Source of the DNA: an uncultured Pseudomonadales bacterium
GTDB lineage: Bacteria > Patescibacteriota > Microgenomatia > UBA1400 > RBG-16-45-19
Reading direction: 5' to 3'
NCBI GenBank assembly: GCA_964441155.1
Contig: CAYYKL010000004.1
Location: 5,103-69,102 of the forward strand
DNA length: 64,000 nt
Part shown: piece after piece, positions 18,813 to 27,916 of the stretch
Layout of the letters: every line of letters begins with the position of its first letter
Position numbering within the stretch: the stretch's first letter is position 1
Notes under the pieces: model-generated
Database searches by the model: none
Told to the model about the DNA's origin: nothing
What the model saw: only the letters and a program-made list of their open reading frames with translations
Position numbers and translations under genes: made by a program

Positions 18813-19496
18813 CTAGAAAAGCATTCGACCAAGCACTTCACCAATGCCGTAGGCAACCAGCGACGATCCCAACCCGGCTAACATGATCTCAATACCCCCC
18901 CGAAGTGGAGAAACTGAGGTGAATTTAGACCGTAATGTTCCCACGCCAAACAACACCAATCCCACCAAGATAAATAACAAGCTAAAATCTTTTGAAGGCA
19001 GAGCTAAAAACACTAGCACCGGCATCATGCCTACCATCACAAAGGCGGTAAAAGTCGTGAGGGCGGAAACCAGTGGAAGATTTGGCGGCTGACTTGACCC
19101 TTCAGCTTGCAGGAGTTCTTCTACTGCTAAATGGGGCGCGTGCAATAAAGTTTGAGCAATAGTTTCTGATGAGGAGCGGGCAAACCCTTTTTGTTTATAG
19201 ATCAACTCAAGCTGTTTTTGCACTGATTCGCTATCTCTTCGCACTAGGTTACCCAGCAGATGCTTTCTTTTTTCATACACTTGCAGTTGGCTTTTGACAC
19301 TTAAAAAACTCCCCACTGACATGGCAAAACCATCGGCAAAGAGATTCGCGAGAGCCATAATGAGAATAATGCGAATCGACGCGTCGGCGCCCAGAGCTCC
19401 GGCCATAACGGCAAAGGTGGTCACGGTGCCGTCGAGTGCGCCATAGACCGCCTCACCAAGTAGCATGGATGTGTTGGTTTTATGAGACTTGCGCAT
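18813..19496 (-). CDS. VIT1/CCC1 family Fe/Mn transporter
   Basis: GALDGTVTTFAVMAGALGA... start motif and the two TM clusters typical of the VIT family. Confidence 0.75.
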   Translation of the reverse strand: MRKSHKTNTSMLLGEAVYGALDGTVTTFAVMAGALGADASIRIILIMALANLFADGFAMSVGSFLSVKSQLQVYEKRKHLLGNLVRRDSESVQKQLELIYKQKGFARSSSETIAQTLLHAPHLAVEELLQAEGSSQPPNLPLVSALTTFTAFVMVGMMPVLVFLALPSKDFSLLFILVGLVLFGVGTLRSKFTSVSPLRGGIEIMLAGLGSSLVAYGIGEVLGRMLF

Positions 19497-19658
19497 ATAA
19501 TCTAAGTATTCAAGTTACTAATATATCTATGAGCAAGTATATTGAAGTAACACGAATAATCAAAGCTCACGATTGAAATACATCGGCATGAACATAAGCA
19601 TGGCAAGCAAGTTTTAGACTAAGTGCCATGATAATGTGATTTCTCAATTACAAACAAA

Positions 19659-20237
19659 GTGCTCATCATTAATAAGCAGGATAAAACTCAATTGAAACCC
19701 CTATATTCCTTTGGCAGTTATGGCCTCTTTCAACTAACCGCAGAACTCGCTGAAGTGTATGTAGCTCAAATTGGTGAAGCCCTGGATCAAATTCCCCTGG
19801 TTGAGCATCATTCTCCTGAGATCATCTTAGCCGTTTCCAAAGATGACCAAGATTTTCACGCCAAATGGGAACATAGCTTGATATCTCTGGATGAACATGG
19901 CAATTTCGTTGGCGTGATTATGGGTTATGAGCGCGAGAGTGAAGAAACCGAGCAATATCCAAATGATTCTATATTTCTGAGTGATTTTGCTGTGTCTAAG
20001 TCGCACCAAAAGCAAGGTCTGGGCAAGTGGATGCTTGGAAGCTGGCTTGATTTCAACACCAAACTCGGTTTCAAAGTGCTTAACAGCTCACTCCAATTCA
20101 CCACCCAAACCAATTCAGCCGTCTGGAATCGACACGTACAAGCGCTCTATGAATCCTTGGGTTTCGCCAAGCGCTCCACACAAAATTATCGTAACCGGAA
20201 TGAAATTGTGTACGAATTGATGATTGGTAAGAAGTAA
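19659..20237 (+). CDS. GNAT family N-acetyltransferase
   Basis: ...FLSDFAVSKSHQKQGLGKWML... carries the acetyl-CoA-binding Q/RxxGxG/A motif. Confidence 0.55.
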   Translation: MLIINKQDKTQLKPLYSFGSYGLFQLTAELAEVYVAQIGEALDQIPLVEHHSPEIILAVSKDDQDFHAKWEHSLISLDEHGNFVGVIMGYERESEETEQYPNDSIFLSDFAVSKSHQKQGLGKWMLGSWLDFNTKLGFKVLNSSLQFTTQTNSAVWNRHVQALYESLGFAKRSTQNYRNRNEIVYELMIGKK

Positions 20238-20242
20238 TACCC

Positions 20243-21202
20243 ATGGCGCAGAAGCCCACGATGTCAGCAAGCGATACAACGTCTTTTTTGCAACAAAAAT
20301 TTGGTCATGATATTTCTGAGCTTTCATTATTAAGCGGCGGGGAGTGGTCACAGGCATATTCATTTATCCATCAGAGTCAAAAATATGTGCTTCGCTGGTG
20401 CAAAACAAGAGAATCGTTTGAAAAAGATGCCTTTGCCAGCCAATTCAACTCGCTCAAACTTCCTATCCCTGCAATTTCACAACAAGGTAAAGCATTTGAC
20501 ATGTTTTATGCCATTTCGGATTTCGCACCAGGAAACTTCATCGAGACACTTTCTGCAACTGAACTAGAACTAACACTGCCGGCTTTATGTGACTTGTTCG
20601 ATGCCCTGCGAGATACAGACCTCTCGCCAACGACGGGCTATGGTTTGTGGGACGCATCAGGGCAGGGGAGTCATGCTAGTTGGAAAAGTTATCTGCTTGA
20701 CGTTATCAATGATCGTGAAAGCAGCATTACGCACGGATGGAGCGAGCATTTGCGATCACAACCAAAGCTTGGCGAAATGTTCAATTCGCTCTACGAAATT
20801 CTTGAGAAACACGTCAATGCTTGCCCTGAAGCAAGAGAGTTAATCCATTCAGACTTGCTCAACTTCAATCTGCTCGTATTGGATCACAAAATTAGTGGCG
20901 TTATCGATTGGCAATGCTCGATGTATGGCGATTCACTCTATGACATTGCCTGGTTTTTGTATTACGCACACTGGTATCCCCAATTTGCAGAGATAGGATT
21001 GAGCGAAAAAATACTTACTCACTATAAGCTCGAATCAAATCAAACCGAAAACATAGAGGACAGGCTCCTCTGCTACTATCTCCATATCGGCCTGGGCTCA
21101 ATTGCCTACAATGCCTACAAACAAGATTGGAAGGCAGCCCAAGACGCTTCCCATTACACCATGAAGATAGTTGGAGAATCACACAAGCAATTTATAAAAT
21201 AG
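20243..21202 (+). CDS. Phosphotransferase of the APH/choline-kinase superfamily
   Basis: Brenner motif HSDLLNFNLLV and DWQCSMYGDSLYDIAWF (the D..E / DxxxxxD region). It starts 5 nt after the GNAT gene, so the two are likely an operon. Confidence 0.7.
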   Translation: MAQKPTMSASDTTSFLQQKFGHDISELSLLSGGEWSQAYSFIHQSQKYVLRWCKTRESFEKDAFASQFNSLKLPIPAISQQGKAFDMFYAISDFAPGNFIETLSATELELTLPALCDLFDALRDTDLSPTTGYGLWDASGQGSHASWKSYLLDVINDRESSITHGWSEHLRSQPKLGEMFNSLYEILEKHVNACPEARELIHSDLLNFNLLVLDHKISGVIDWQCSMYGDSLYDIAWFLYYAHWYPQFAEIGLSEKILTHYKLESNQTENIEDRLLCYYLHIGLGSIAYNAYKQDWKAAQDASHYTMKIVGESHKQFIK

Positions 21203-21325
21203 GTGATTACATTGATATTTCTCATTTAAAAAGAGCCTTTGACATTCGAACTCTCACTTGCTCACTTGACTGATATTATAAAAGTAGTTCTGCTGAAAAA
21301 TTAATACAGAAATCAACTTTGATTT

Positions 21326-21577
21326 ATGAAAAGACTTCTCGCCCAAAATATTTCTATTCCAACACCGGTTGGTTATCCGCGTTATACAATGGAGCAATCA
21401 TTTTTACGCACTTTGCCGCTTTTGCTAGCTAGTTACTCGATTGCAATATTACTTGCATATGTTATTAGAAAATATTTAACAAACTTAATTCTTAAACATT
21501 TTCTACTGGTTATGATTTGGCTTGTTCCAATCGGATGGTCCGTATGGTGGATTTATGCTTGGAGCTCAACGTTCTAA
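21326..21577 (+). CDS. Small hypothetical membrane protein
   Basis: 83-aa ORF with two predicted TM helices. No recognisable homology. Confidence 0.3.
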   Translation: MKRLLAQNISIPTPVGYPRYTMEQSFLRTLPLLLASYSIAILLAYVIRKYLTNLILKHFLLVMIWLVPIGWSVWWIYAWSSTF

Positions 21578-21698
21578 CTTCAATGGTGATGATTTATATT
21601 TCTGAGGGATTCGAACTACATGAAACAAGGCATGTTGTGGATTTATAAATGCGAACGTGGGTGCCTGATTTTTTTAGCCGTTTGAATAATCAAGTGTA

Positions 21699-22286
21699 TT
21701 AACTTGAAGTTGCTTCTTCTAAAAGCTCTGGAAATTCATTCGTTCCCATTTGAAAGTAAAGAAAGTGCAATTTATCTTTTAATCTGACAATTCTTGGTTT
21801 CAATGCTTTCACATACAAAGTAAGTGACTCAAGGTGATGCGGCAAATCATTCGATGTGAATAACACAATTTCTTGGGCAATTCGAGTTGCATCTTCCGGT
21901 AGAGTGAAATCGTACAAATCTTGCCGAGTATCATCAGGAGTTTCAGGAATTTTTGCTGGAGCGACCAAAATAAGTTTTTGAACTTGTACGCCAGTTTCCA
22001 GCAACCAGCGTACTAGAAACGCTCCATCACAACTATGACCAATCAAGATGCTCTCTTGATCAATGCGGTATTTCTCAAACGCTTCTTTCCATTCAGAATA
22101 ATTTGGTTTCCAAGGTGTAGGCAAATCAAGAGCAATTGCTGATTTACCGTTTTCATTTAGCTTGTTTGCAAGCCAATTCATCCAACGATTTTCTTTGGGT
22201 GTTACTAGTGCTTCACTCGGAGGACAACCGTGAAGAATTAGGTACTGCGGGTTCGTTTGAGTCATAGTCCATAAAGTATATCGCAA
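21699..22286 (-). CDS. Alpha/beta-fold serine hydrolase (RBBP9/YdeN-like)
   Basis: LILHGCPPSE...ILIGHSCDGAFLVRWL (GHSxG nucleophile elbow). About 195 aa, typical of the Ser_hydrolase family. Confidence 0.6.
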   Translation of the reverse strand: MRYTLWTMTQTNPQYLILHGCPPSEALVTPKENRWMNWLANKLNENGKSAIALDLPTPWKPNYSEWKEAFEKYRIDQESILIGHSCDGAFLVRWLLETGVQVQKLILVAPAKIPETPDDTRQDLYDFTLPEDATRIAQEIVLFTSNDLPHHLESLTLYVKALKPRIVRLKDKLHFLYFQMGTNEFPELLEEATSS

Positions 22287-22354
22287 TCATTCACATGGTG
22301 GGCATCAAAACCCTGCTAAAACTAAATCTGGATTATAAAAAGTGTGGAAAATTA

Positions 22355-22387
22355 CAAAAAAAGACTGAAAATGATCAGTCTTTTTTA
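22355..22387. terminator. Bidirectional intrinsic-terminator-like hairpin
   Basis: aaaaaa-AGACTG-aaaatgat-CAGTCT-ttttt: a 6-bp stem flanked by an A-run and a T-run. Confidence 0.45.
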
Positions 22388-22500
22388 AAAGTGAACCCAC
22401 AGGAGAACTCTCGTTTCGCTTCGCATCACGGGATTTCTCAGGTTCGCTCTGCTCACTTGAGGCAAGAACCCTGAAGTATTAATTCAATCATAGGATAATT

Positions 22501-22534
22501 ACAAAAATAGGCTGGATTAATCCAGCCTATTTTG
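22501..22534. terminator. Bidirectional intrinsic terminator downstream of the minus-strand tRNA-Glu
   Basis: A perfect 20-nt palindrome AGGCTGGATTAATCCAGCCT flanked by caaaaat and attttg. Confidence 0.55.
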
Positions 22535-22537
22535 CAA

Positions 22538-22610
22538 GTGACCCCACAGGGAATCGAACCCTGGTTGCCGGGATGAAAACCCGATGTCCTAACCGCTAGA
22601 CGATGGGGCC
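22538..22610 (-). tRNA. tRNA-Glu (anticodon TTC)
   Basis: The reverse complement GGCCCCATCGTCTAGCGGTTAGGACATCGGGTTTTCATCCCGGCAACCAGGGTTCGATTCCCTGTGGGGTCA folds as a cloverleaf. The anticodon loop is TTTTCAT. No encoded CCA. Confidence 0.85.
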
Positions 22611-22694
22611 AGGGATAGACATGAGACGTCAGTGATAAGTCATTAGAATGTAATTTCTAACGACCCTAAGACCAAAGTCAAACGTCTAATCTTG

Positions 22695-22766
22695 TGAGCC
22701 CGGATGGGATCGAACCATCGACACAGAGCTTAAAAGGCTCCTGCTCTACCACTGAGCTACGGGCCC
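22695..22766 (-). tRNA. tRNA-Lys (anticodon TTT)
   Basis: The reverse complement GGGCCCGTAGCTCAGTGGTAGAGCAGGAGCCTTTTAAGCTCTGTGTCGATGGTTCGATCCCATCCGGGCTCA folds as a cloverleaf. Anticodon loop CTTTTAA. Confidence 0.85.
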
Positions 22767-23025
22767 GGATAAAATTCCGAGAGCATTTACTTGTCAAATA
22801 TTATTTCAATAATCCCACTGATGCCCTTACGGGCACTTGCGTCAGATATCCTTATCTGACTTCAGGCTACGGGCCCGAATAAAATTCCAAGGCATTTCTA
22901 TTTTAAATACACCACTTACTATCCCACTGATACCCTTCGGGTACTTCGGCCAATTTAAACGAATTGGTCTCAGGCATACAGGCCCAGAATAAATTCCGAG
23001 CCTGGGTATTATAGCGAGTCAAACC
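22757..23025. repeat. About 2.5 tandem copies of a ~110-bp unit; each begins with the first ~11 nt of tRNA-Lys (on the minus strand) and contains two hairpins
   Basis: ctacgggccc(g/a)ataaaattcc... recurs at 22757, 22867 and, degenerate, 22974. Both hairpins are retained in the two full units through compensatory substitutions. Confidence 0.6.
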
Positions 23026-23163
23026 CCACACAATCAACTAGGCAGACTCTTCTATCACCTCTGGAAGCAACCTCTTGACTTTTCGTCAAGCCCATCCCTA
23101 AGATGGGTAGGTGAGTAAATATCTTATCTACTCACGAATCAAAGCAGGAAGGGAGGTGAAATC

Positions 23164-24282
23164 ATGCAAATTAAATCTGCCCATTTATTAGGCGTCGCTG
23201 CCAGCTTCTTTCTAGCACTCGCAATGCTCGTTCCTGGAGCTCAAGCAGCACAAGTAAAAAACTTAAGCATAACCTTAAGTGATCCTAGACCGAATCCAAC
23301 AAGCACAACGCACACGTATTTGTTCACTCACGTGACTGCTGCAACACTCAAAATGATCAATTTTGAATACTGCACCACCCCGTCTGGAACATGCACTGCC
23401 CCTGCAAACGTTAACACCAGTTCTGCAACCGAAGGTACCCTAAGTGGTATTACGGCGGCACAATGGACATTAAACGTAGGTGTGGCTGCAAACCCCAAAC
23501 TTCAGCACACAGGTGCCGGAGAAGCCGTTTCAGGAAATACCGTTATGTCGCTTGGAATCGGTACAGTAACCAACCACGCAATTGATGACTGCCAGGCTGC
23601 TGGAGACACGTCGTCTGATACCTGTTATGTCCGTGTTACCTCGTGTACAGAAGTCACGAACTGTTCGTCTTCTGTCGCAACTAACAAGACTGATGAAGGT
23701 ATCGCCTCCTATACAGTCGTAGCCGCCGTCACGGTGACCGCTCGTGTTGATCCAACCTTTACGTTTGTGGTTAACTCAGTGGCTGCCAGCCAAGTGAACA
23801 ACGAAATCACGACTTCAGTTGCAAGTACGTTTAGCACGCTGCCTTTCGGCAACTTGACTGCCGGCACACCCAAATATGCCGCGCATCGCTTAAACGTGAC
23901 TACTAATACGCAAGCTGGATACACGGTATCCAACCGTATGGTAACTGCCATGACAGGTGTGTACGCAGGCAATAACATTGATCCGTTCACGCATGCCTGG
24001 AGTGCTGCCGCTGTCTGGACCGAACCAACGGGAACGGCCGCAAGCGTCAACACCGGCTGGGTCGGTGCGAATACAACCGACACTGATGTAGCCAACTGGA
24101 CCGCTGGTATGGCTCAAAAGTTCGGCGGTGTTACGAGTTCGGCTCAAACCGTCATGCAATCAAGCACCTCAGACAATGGTTCTAGTGGTGTCTATGTAAC
24201 TTATGCTGTAGAAGCGAATGTGTACCAACCAGCTGATACCTACACTGGTGTCCTGGTCTACAACGCTCTACCGACGTACTAA
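23164..24282 (+). CDS. Secreted Thr/Ser/Ala-rich surface protein; its C-terminal ~175-aa domain is paralogous to the C-terminus of ORF 24473..27316
   Basis: Signal peptide MQIKSAHLLGVAASFFLALAMLVPGAQA. The strong SD GGGAGGTG lies 7 nt upstream. The C-terminal ...ITTSVASTFSTLPFGNLTAGTPKYAAH...NNIDPF...WTEPTG...VYVTYAVE...PTY aligns with the end of the next gene. There are many N-x-S/T sequons. Confidence 0.6.
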   Translation: MQIKSAHLLGVAASFFLALAMLVPGAQAAQVKNLSITLSDPRPNPTSTTHTYLFTHVTAATLKMINFEYCTTPSGTCTAPANVNTSSATEGTLSGITAAQWTLNVGVAANPKLQHTGAGEAVSGNTVMSLGIGTVTNHAIDDCQAAGDTSSDTCYVRVTSCTEVTNCSSSVATNKTDEGIASYTVVAAVTVTARVDPTFTFVVNSVAASQVNNEITTSVASTFSTLPFGNLTAGTPKYAAHRLNVTTNTQAGYTVSNRMVTAMTGVYAGNNIDPFTHAWSAAAVWTEPTGTAASVNTGWVGANTTDTDVANWTAGMAQKFGGVTSSAQTVMQSSTSDNGSSGVYVTYAVEANVYQPADTYTGVLVYNALPTY

Positions 24283-24372
24283 TATGATGCCTTATTTGAT
24301 TGTTTTTAGAGGACGCCTCTCTTGAACTATCAAAACAAGCTCATGTTTTACGTCCGGATGTAAAACCAATAT

Positions 24373-24402
24373 CCCGCTGTAAGCGTTACAGCGGGATTTT
24401 TG
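24373..24402 (+). terminator. Intrinsic terminator after ORF 23164..24282
   Basis: CCCGCTGTAA-gcg-TTACAGCGGG followed by ATTTTTGG. Confidence 0.6.
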
Positions 24403-24472
24403 GTACTTCAGGTTACATACCAAGACATGTAGTCACTATATATGTGCTTAATGCGTTATGATGTTCTAGCGT

Positions 24473-27316
24473 ATGTCCATGAAATTTTTTCGTTTCGCAG
24501 CCATATTGTGTATGTGCTCTGGCCTAATTACCATGGTCGCACCTCGCCCTGCCCTTGCGGCTATCACCTCTGTTACGGAAGATTCAACCACCATTACCGT
24601 GAATGTCGCCAATAAATATCGAGCCATTTTTACCAAAGGCGATACAACTGACTATCTCAAGATTTATGATCGAGCCGAGGATGACAGTAATCCAGATCTC
24701 TTGCTGGAAGAGGTGGGACCATATATTTTTGAAGAAAACATTGATTACATGCTACGTTATGACCCCGGTCGCATCATGCAGATTGTCGAAGTCAGCGATA
24801 CTCGAGTTATCGTCGAAGCACGTGGTCATTTTTGTCGCACCGGCAATGAAAATTGTGTGGACGATGGCGCAGACGATATTTCAGTGCTAGCACTCTACAC
24901 CTTTACTCCAAATGGCATGTGGGTGAAGAACACGACTGATTTCAAAACCAGTGGCGTTGGACTTGATGCAACCGGAACCACCGATTCCTATAATTGGCTG
25001 AATCTTGAGGTTGATGGCACTGATGCCGCATTCTCGGACAGCGCATCTCCAGCAATCTATTATGGTGATGGGTCAACCGAAAGCTCAACCTCGACTGATG
25101 GAGATACCTTTGAAGATAGCAATGTCTATGTCGTCGCTCCCGGACAAGGCAGCTATCAATCCATGCATATTGGTGTAACTAATTGGCTCTCCATGGCCGG
25201 AGGTACCGATAATTGGCTTTGGGACGAAAACTTTTCTGGAACACTCGATAAACTAACCACACAGGAACAAGGGACAACACCAACGAGCACCAAAACTATG
25301 AGTTGGTTTGTTAGGTTTGCAACTCAAGGAGAACTAGATACCGAGAATGAACGTGAGGCAATTAGCAATGATCAGCGTAATCCGGATACACTTTCGTTTA
25401 CCACGGGTAGTGCGTGGCAAGAAGTAGGCAGCGATGATTTTAATGAATACCAAGGCACCTATACCGGTAATTTTTCGAGCAATGAATTATTGGTCGATCT
25501 CGACGGCAACACCTATTCTCGATTTTTCCCGCTGTGGAAGTTTAAAACCTGGAGATCAGTGAGTGCCCCCACATCAGCGAGCTTGGACGCGCTTTGGCTG
25601 GCCCCGGCAACAAGTTACAACATGAGCGTTCAACCAGTTGCGCATGCTTCCTGGGCACAAGATATTGCCCTCTACACCTCACTTGAATCCAGCGGTGCAT
25701 CAACGACACCCAACATTGGCCCTGCGGCAGGCAATGTTGACGGCACTACCACATTTGAAACGGGAATCTATGGGAATGGTGCACTCTTTAATACCGATGA
25801 TGAGCGAATCCGGTATGCCGGAGCTAATCTCACCTCCAATGCTTATTTTGACGCGGAGAGTGACTTCGGCACTATGGCGGTAGAGTTTTGGTTCAAACCG
25901 ACTAGCGACGATGACGCAGCCACGAACATGAATCTCTTTCGCATTGAGCTAGATGCAAGTAATGGCATGGGAGTGATCAAAAATTCTTCAACTAATCTTC
26001 GTTTGAGCCTGGAAACTAATGGCACCGCGTATAATTATCAGATTGCTAATGCCGACTTTTCAAGAATTTGGGAGGTCGGCAAATGGATGCATATTCGGGC
26101 TGTCTGGGACGACACGCAGGCCAACACAGATCAACAGAAAATATTTTTAAACGGGATTGAGCCCACACACACCGATCCAGGCACTGCATTTACTATTACC
26201 AATTTAACGAGTACGCCAAATGTAATCTTTATTGGAAATGGATCCGCTGGGACATCAGAAGCCAGAGGTATAATCGATGAATTTTATATCTACTCTGGAG
26301 CAATTCAACCCTTAGCTGCCGGAGGCAATACTGCTGATACTGACGAATATCTGAATGACACGAGCAGCGACTTTACTTTAAGCTTCGCCGATGACTCGAC
26401 CACCAACCAGGCAGAATATTTATTTTTAGGAGGTGAAACCAAATACACCGGCATAAATAGTTCATTGGCTACCCTTGGATCTGGCAGTTCACCTGCTGTT
26501 GATTGGGAGTATTGGAATGGGACGACTTGGAGTGCTCTAACGGTGACCGATACGACCAGCGGAGCAAATGATTTCACTGCCAGTGGCAATTTTTACTTTT
26601 CCGCTCCTTCGGATTGGGCTACTTATTCGCACTCTGCTTCACCTGAACTTTATTATGTCAGAGCCCACCTCGAATCAGGATCACTCACGACCAGCCCCGT
26701 TGAAGATACTATTCGCACCGATGCTGTTACGTTTCAATACTTAGGGAATGTCACAACTGCAGCCCAAAGTTTATCTTTGCCGTTAGAAAATCCATCAATC
26801 AGTTTTACCGTAAATGCAGTGCCTGGAAGTACTGCCACCAATGGAATTACTACGTCGGTAGCTAGCACATTCAACACCTTGCCATTTGGGAGCCTGGTCA
26901 TTGGCACGCCAAAATATGTAGCTCACCAGTTATCGGCTACCACCAATGCTCATTTTGGCTATGCCGTGACCATGAAACTCGTGAGCTACATGCAAGGCAA
27001 TTATCCGGGCAATAATATTGATCCGTTCATTGCGAGTTGGAGTATCCCCACCACCTGGACCGAACCAACGGGCTCAACTGCCAATGTGGACACTGGTTGG
27101 ATTGGTGCCAATACTTCAGACACCAGAGTAGCCAATTGGACAAGTGCTTCGGGACTGTTTGGCGGGATAACCAGCAGCGCGCAAACGGTAATGTACAGCA
27201 CGAGTGCTGATGACGGTAGCAATGTTTATGTGACCTATGCCGTAGAGGTGAACGACAAACAGCCGGCTGATCTGTATTCGGGATCGGTCACCTATACGAT
27301 TACACCCACATATTAA
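24473..27316 (+). CDS. Large secreted surface protein with a LamG/concanavalin-like domain and a C-terminal domain shared with ORF 23164..24282
   Basis: Signal peptide. ...MAVEFWFKPTSDDDA...GIIDEFYIYSGAIQPLAAGG resembles the LamG_3 motif (IDEvRIYNRALS). The last ~175 aa, ...ITTSVASTFNTLPFGSLVIGTPKYVAH...NNIDPF...WTEPTG...VYVTYAVE...PTY, are paralogous to the previous gene. Confidence 0.6.
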   Translation: MSMKFFRFAAILCMCSGLITMVAPRPALAAITSVTEDSTTITVNVANKYRAIFTKGDTTDYLKIYDRAEDDSNPDLLLEEVGPYIFEENIDYMLRYDPGRIMQIVEVSDTRVIVEARGHFCRTGNENCVDDGADDISVLALYTFTPNGMWVKNTTDFKTSGVGLDATGTTDSYNWLNLEVDGTDAAFSDSASPAIYYGDGSTESSTSTDGDTFEDSNVYVVAPGQGSYQSMHIGVTNWLSMAGGTDNWLWDENFSGTLDKLTTQEQGTTPTSTKTMSWFVRFATQGELDTENEREAISNDQRNPDTLSFTTGSAWQEVGSDDFNEYQGTYTGNFSSNELLVDLDGNTYSRFFPLWKFKTWRSVSAPTSASLDALWLAPATSYNMSVQPVAHASWAQDIALYTSLESSGASTTPNIGPAAGNVDGTTTFETGIYGNGALFNTDDERIRYAGANLTSNAYFDAESDFGTMAVEFWFKPTSDDDAATNMNLFRIELDASNGMGVIKNSSTNLRLSLETNGTAYNYQIANADFSRIWEVGKWMHIRAVWDDTQANTDQQKIFLNGIEPTHTDPGTAFTITNLTSTPNVIFIGNGSAGTSEARGIIDEFYIYSGAIQPLAAGGNTADTDEYLNDTSSDFTLSFADDSTTNQAEYLFLGGETKYTGINSSLATLGSGSSPAVDWEYWNGTTWSALTVTDTTSGANDFTASGNFYFSAPSDWATYSHSASPELYYVRAHLESGSLTTSPVEDTIRTDAVTFQYLGNVTTAAQSLSLPLENPSISFTVNAVPGSTATNGITTSVASTFNTLPFGSLVIGTPKYVAHQLSATTNAHFGYAVTMKLVSYMQGNYPGNNIDPFIASWSIPTTWTEPTGSTANVDTGWIGANTSDTRVANWTSASGLFGGITSSAQTVMYSTSADDGSNVYVTYAVEVNDKQPADLYSGSVTYTITPTY

Positions 27317-27859
27317 CTAGAGAATTTGTTTGTTTGCTGATATATCAAATTGCACAACTTTGGTCGTGGGACCTTGTTGCAGGGTGACTTGCACTAGGCC
27401 GTCTTTGCGTGGCAAGAAAAATTCATAGACAAAACTTCCACCAGCTGCAGGCTTAACGGACTTCATCTCCACTGCATGCCCAAGTACATTAGTATCTGCT
27501 GAGGCTGACGCATTAATTTCTTGTGGCAACAATGATTCGGGGGGCAGGACGGTCGCCGAAATAGTGATAGCCACTTGAGATTGGGGTGCTAATCCCGCCA
27601 CTTGCAGTCTGCCCGAATCGCTTGCATAGGCGACACTGGTGACTTCAATCGGTGAGGCTGCATCTTTTGGCGCGCTTTTTGGCTGACTCTGCATTGACTC
27701 AAGCATCTTTTTTAAATCTTCTACTGTAGCAGCATCTTTAGCGCTCGTTCCGGTGGTTGATTTGGCATCGGATTGTTTGCTTAGGGTTGCCGCGACAAAA
27801 ATCCCTACAGGGAGCAAGAGTAAAAGCAAAACGAGCAATAATTTATCTACGATTCCCAT
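27317..27859 (-). CDS. Hypothetical membrane-anchored protein (N-terminal poly-Leu TM segment, Ser/Ala/Thr-rich linker)
   Basis: 180-aa ORF with the LLLVLLLLLLPVGIFVAATL anchor. No recognisable domain. Confidence 0.35.
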   Translation of the reverse strand: MGIVDKLLLVLLLLLLPVGIFVAATLSKQSDAKSTTGTSAKDAATVEDLKKMLESMQSQPKSAPKDAASPIEVTSVAYASDSGRLQVAGLAPQSQVAITISATVLPPESLLPQEINASASADTNVLGHAVEMKSVKPAAGGSFVYEFFLPRKDGLVQVTLQQGPTTKVVQFDISANKQIL

Positions 27860-27916
27860 ACTTTTTTCCTAGAGTCACTATAGCGTACCATGATAGTGAA
27901 GGCTTAAATAACTAGT

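Noticed and set aside
19659-21202. Calling the GNAT and APH genes aminoglycoside-resistance determinants (AAC/APH)
   Set aside because: Only the generic superfamily motifs are visible, and substrate specificity cannot be inferred from sequence by eye. They are kept as generic acetyltransferase and phosphotransferase.
22694-22882. 62-aa ORF from the six-frame track
   Set aside because: It lies across tRNA-Lys and the tandem repeats, so it is a translation artefact of a structured non-coding region.
22757-23025. Possible CRISPR array (regular repeats near the tRNAs)
   Set aside because: The units are about 110 bp with no short repeat/spacer alternation, they contain tRNA 5' fragments, and no cas genes are nearby. 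They are reported as a tandem repeat instead.
23709-24159. Antisense ORFs (128 and 89 aa) inside the Thr-rich surface protein gene, and similar antisense ORFs at 34919..35338 (in pgk) and 36302..36554
   Set aside because: They sit entirely within better-supported genes on the opposite strand and their composition reflects the sense-strand bias. They are most likely spurious.
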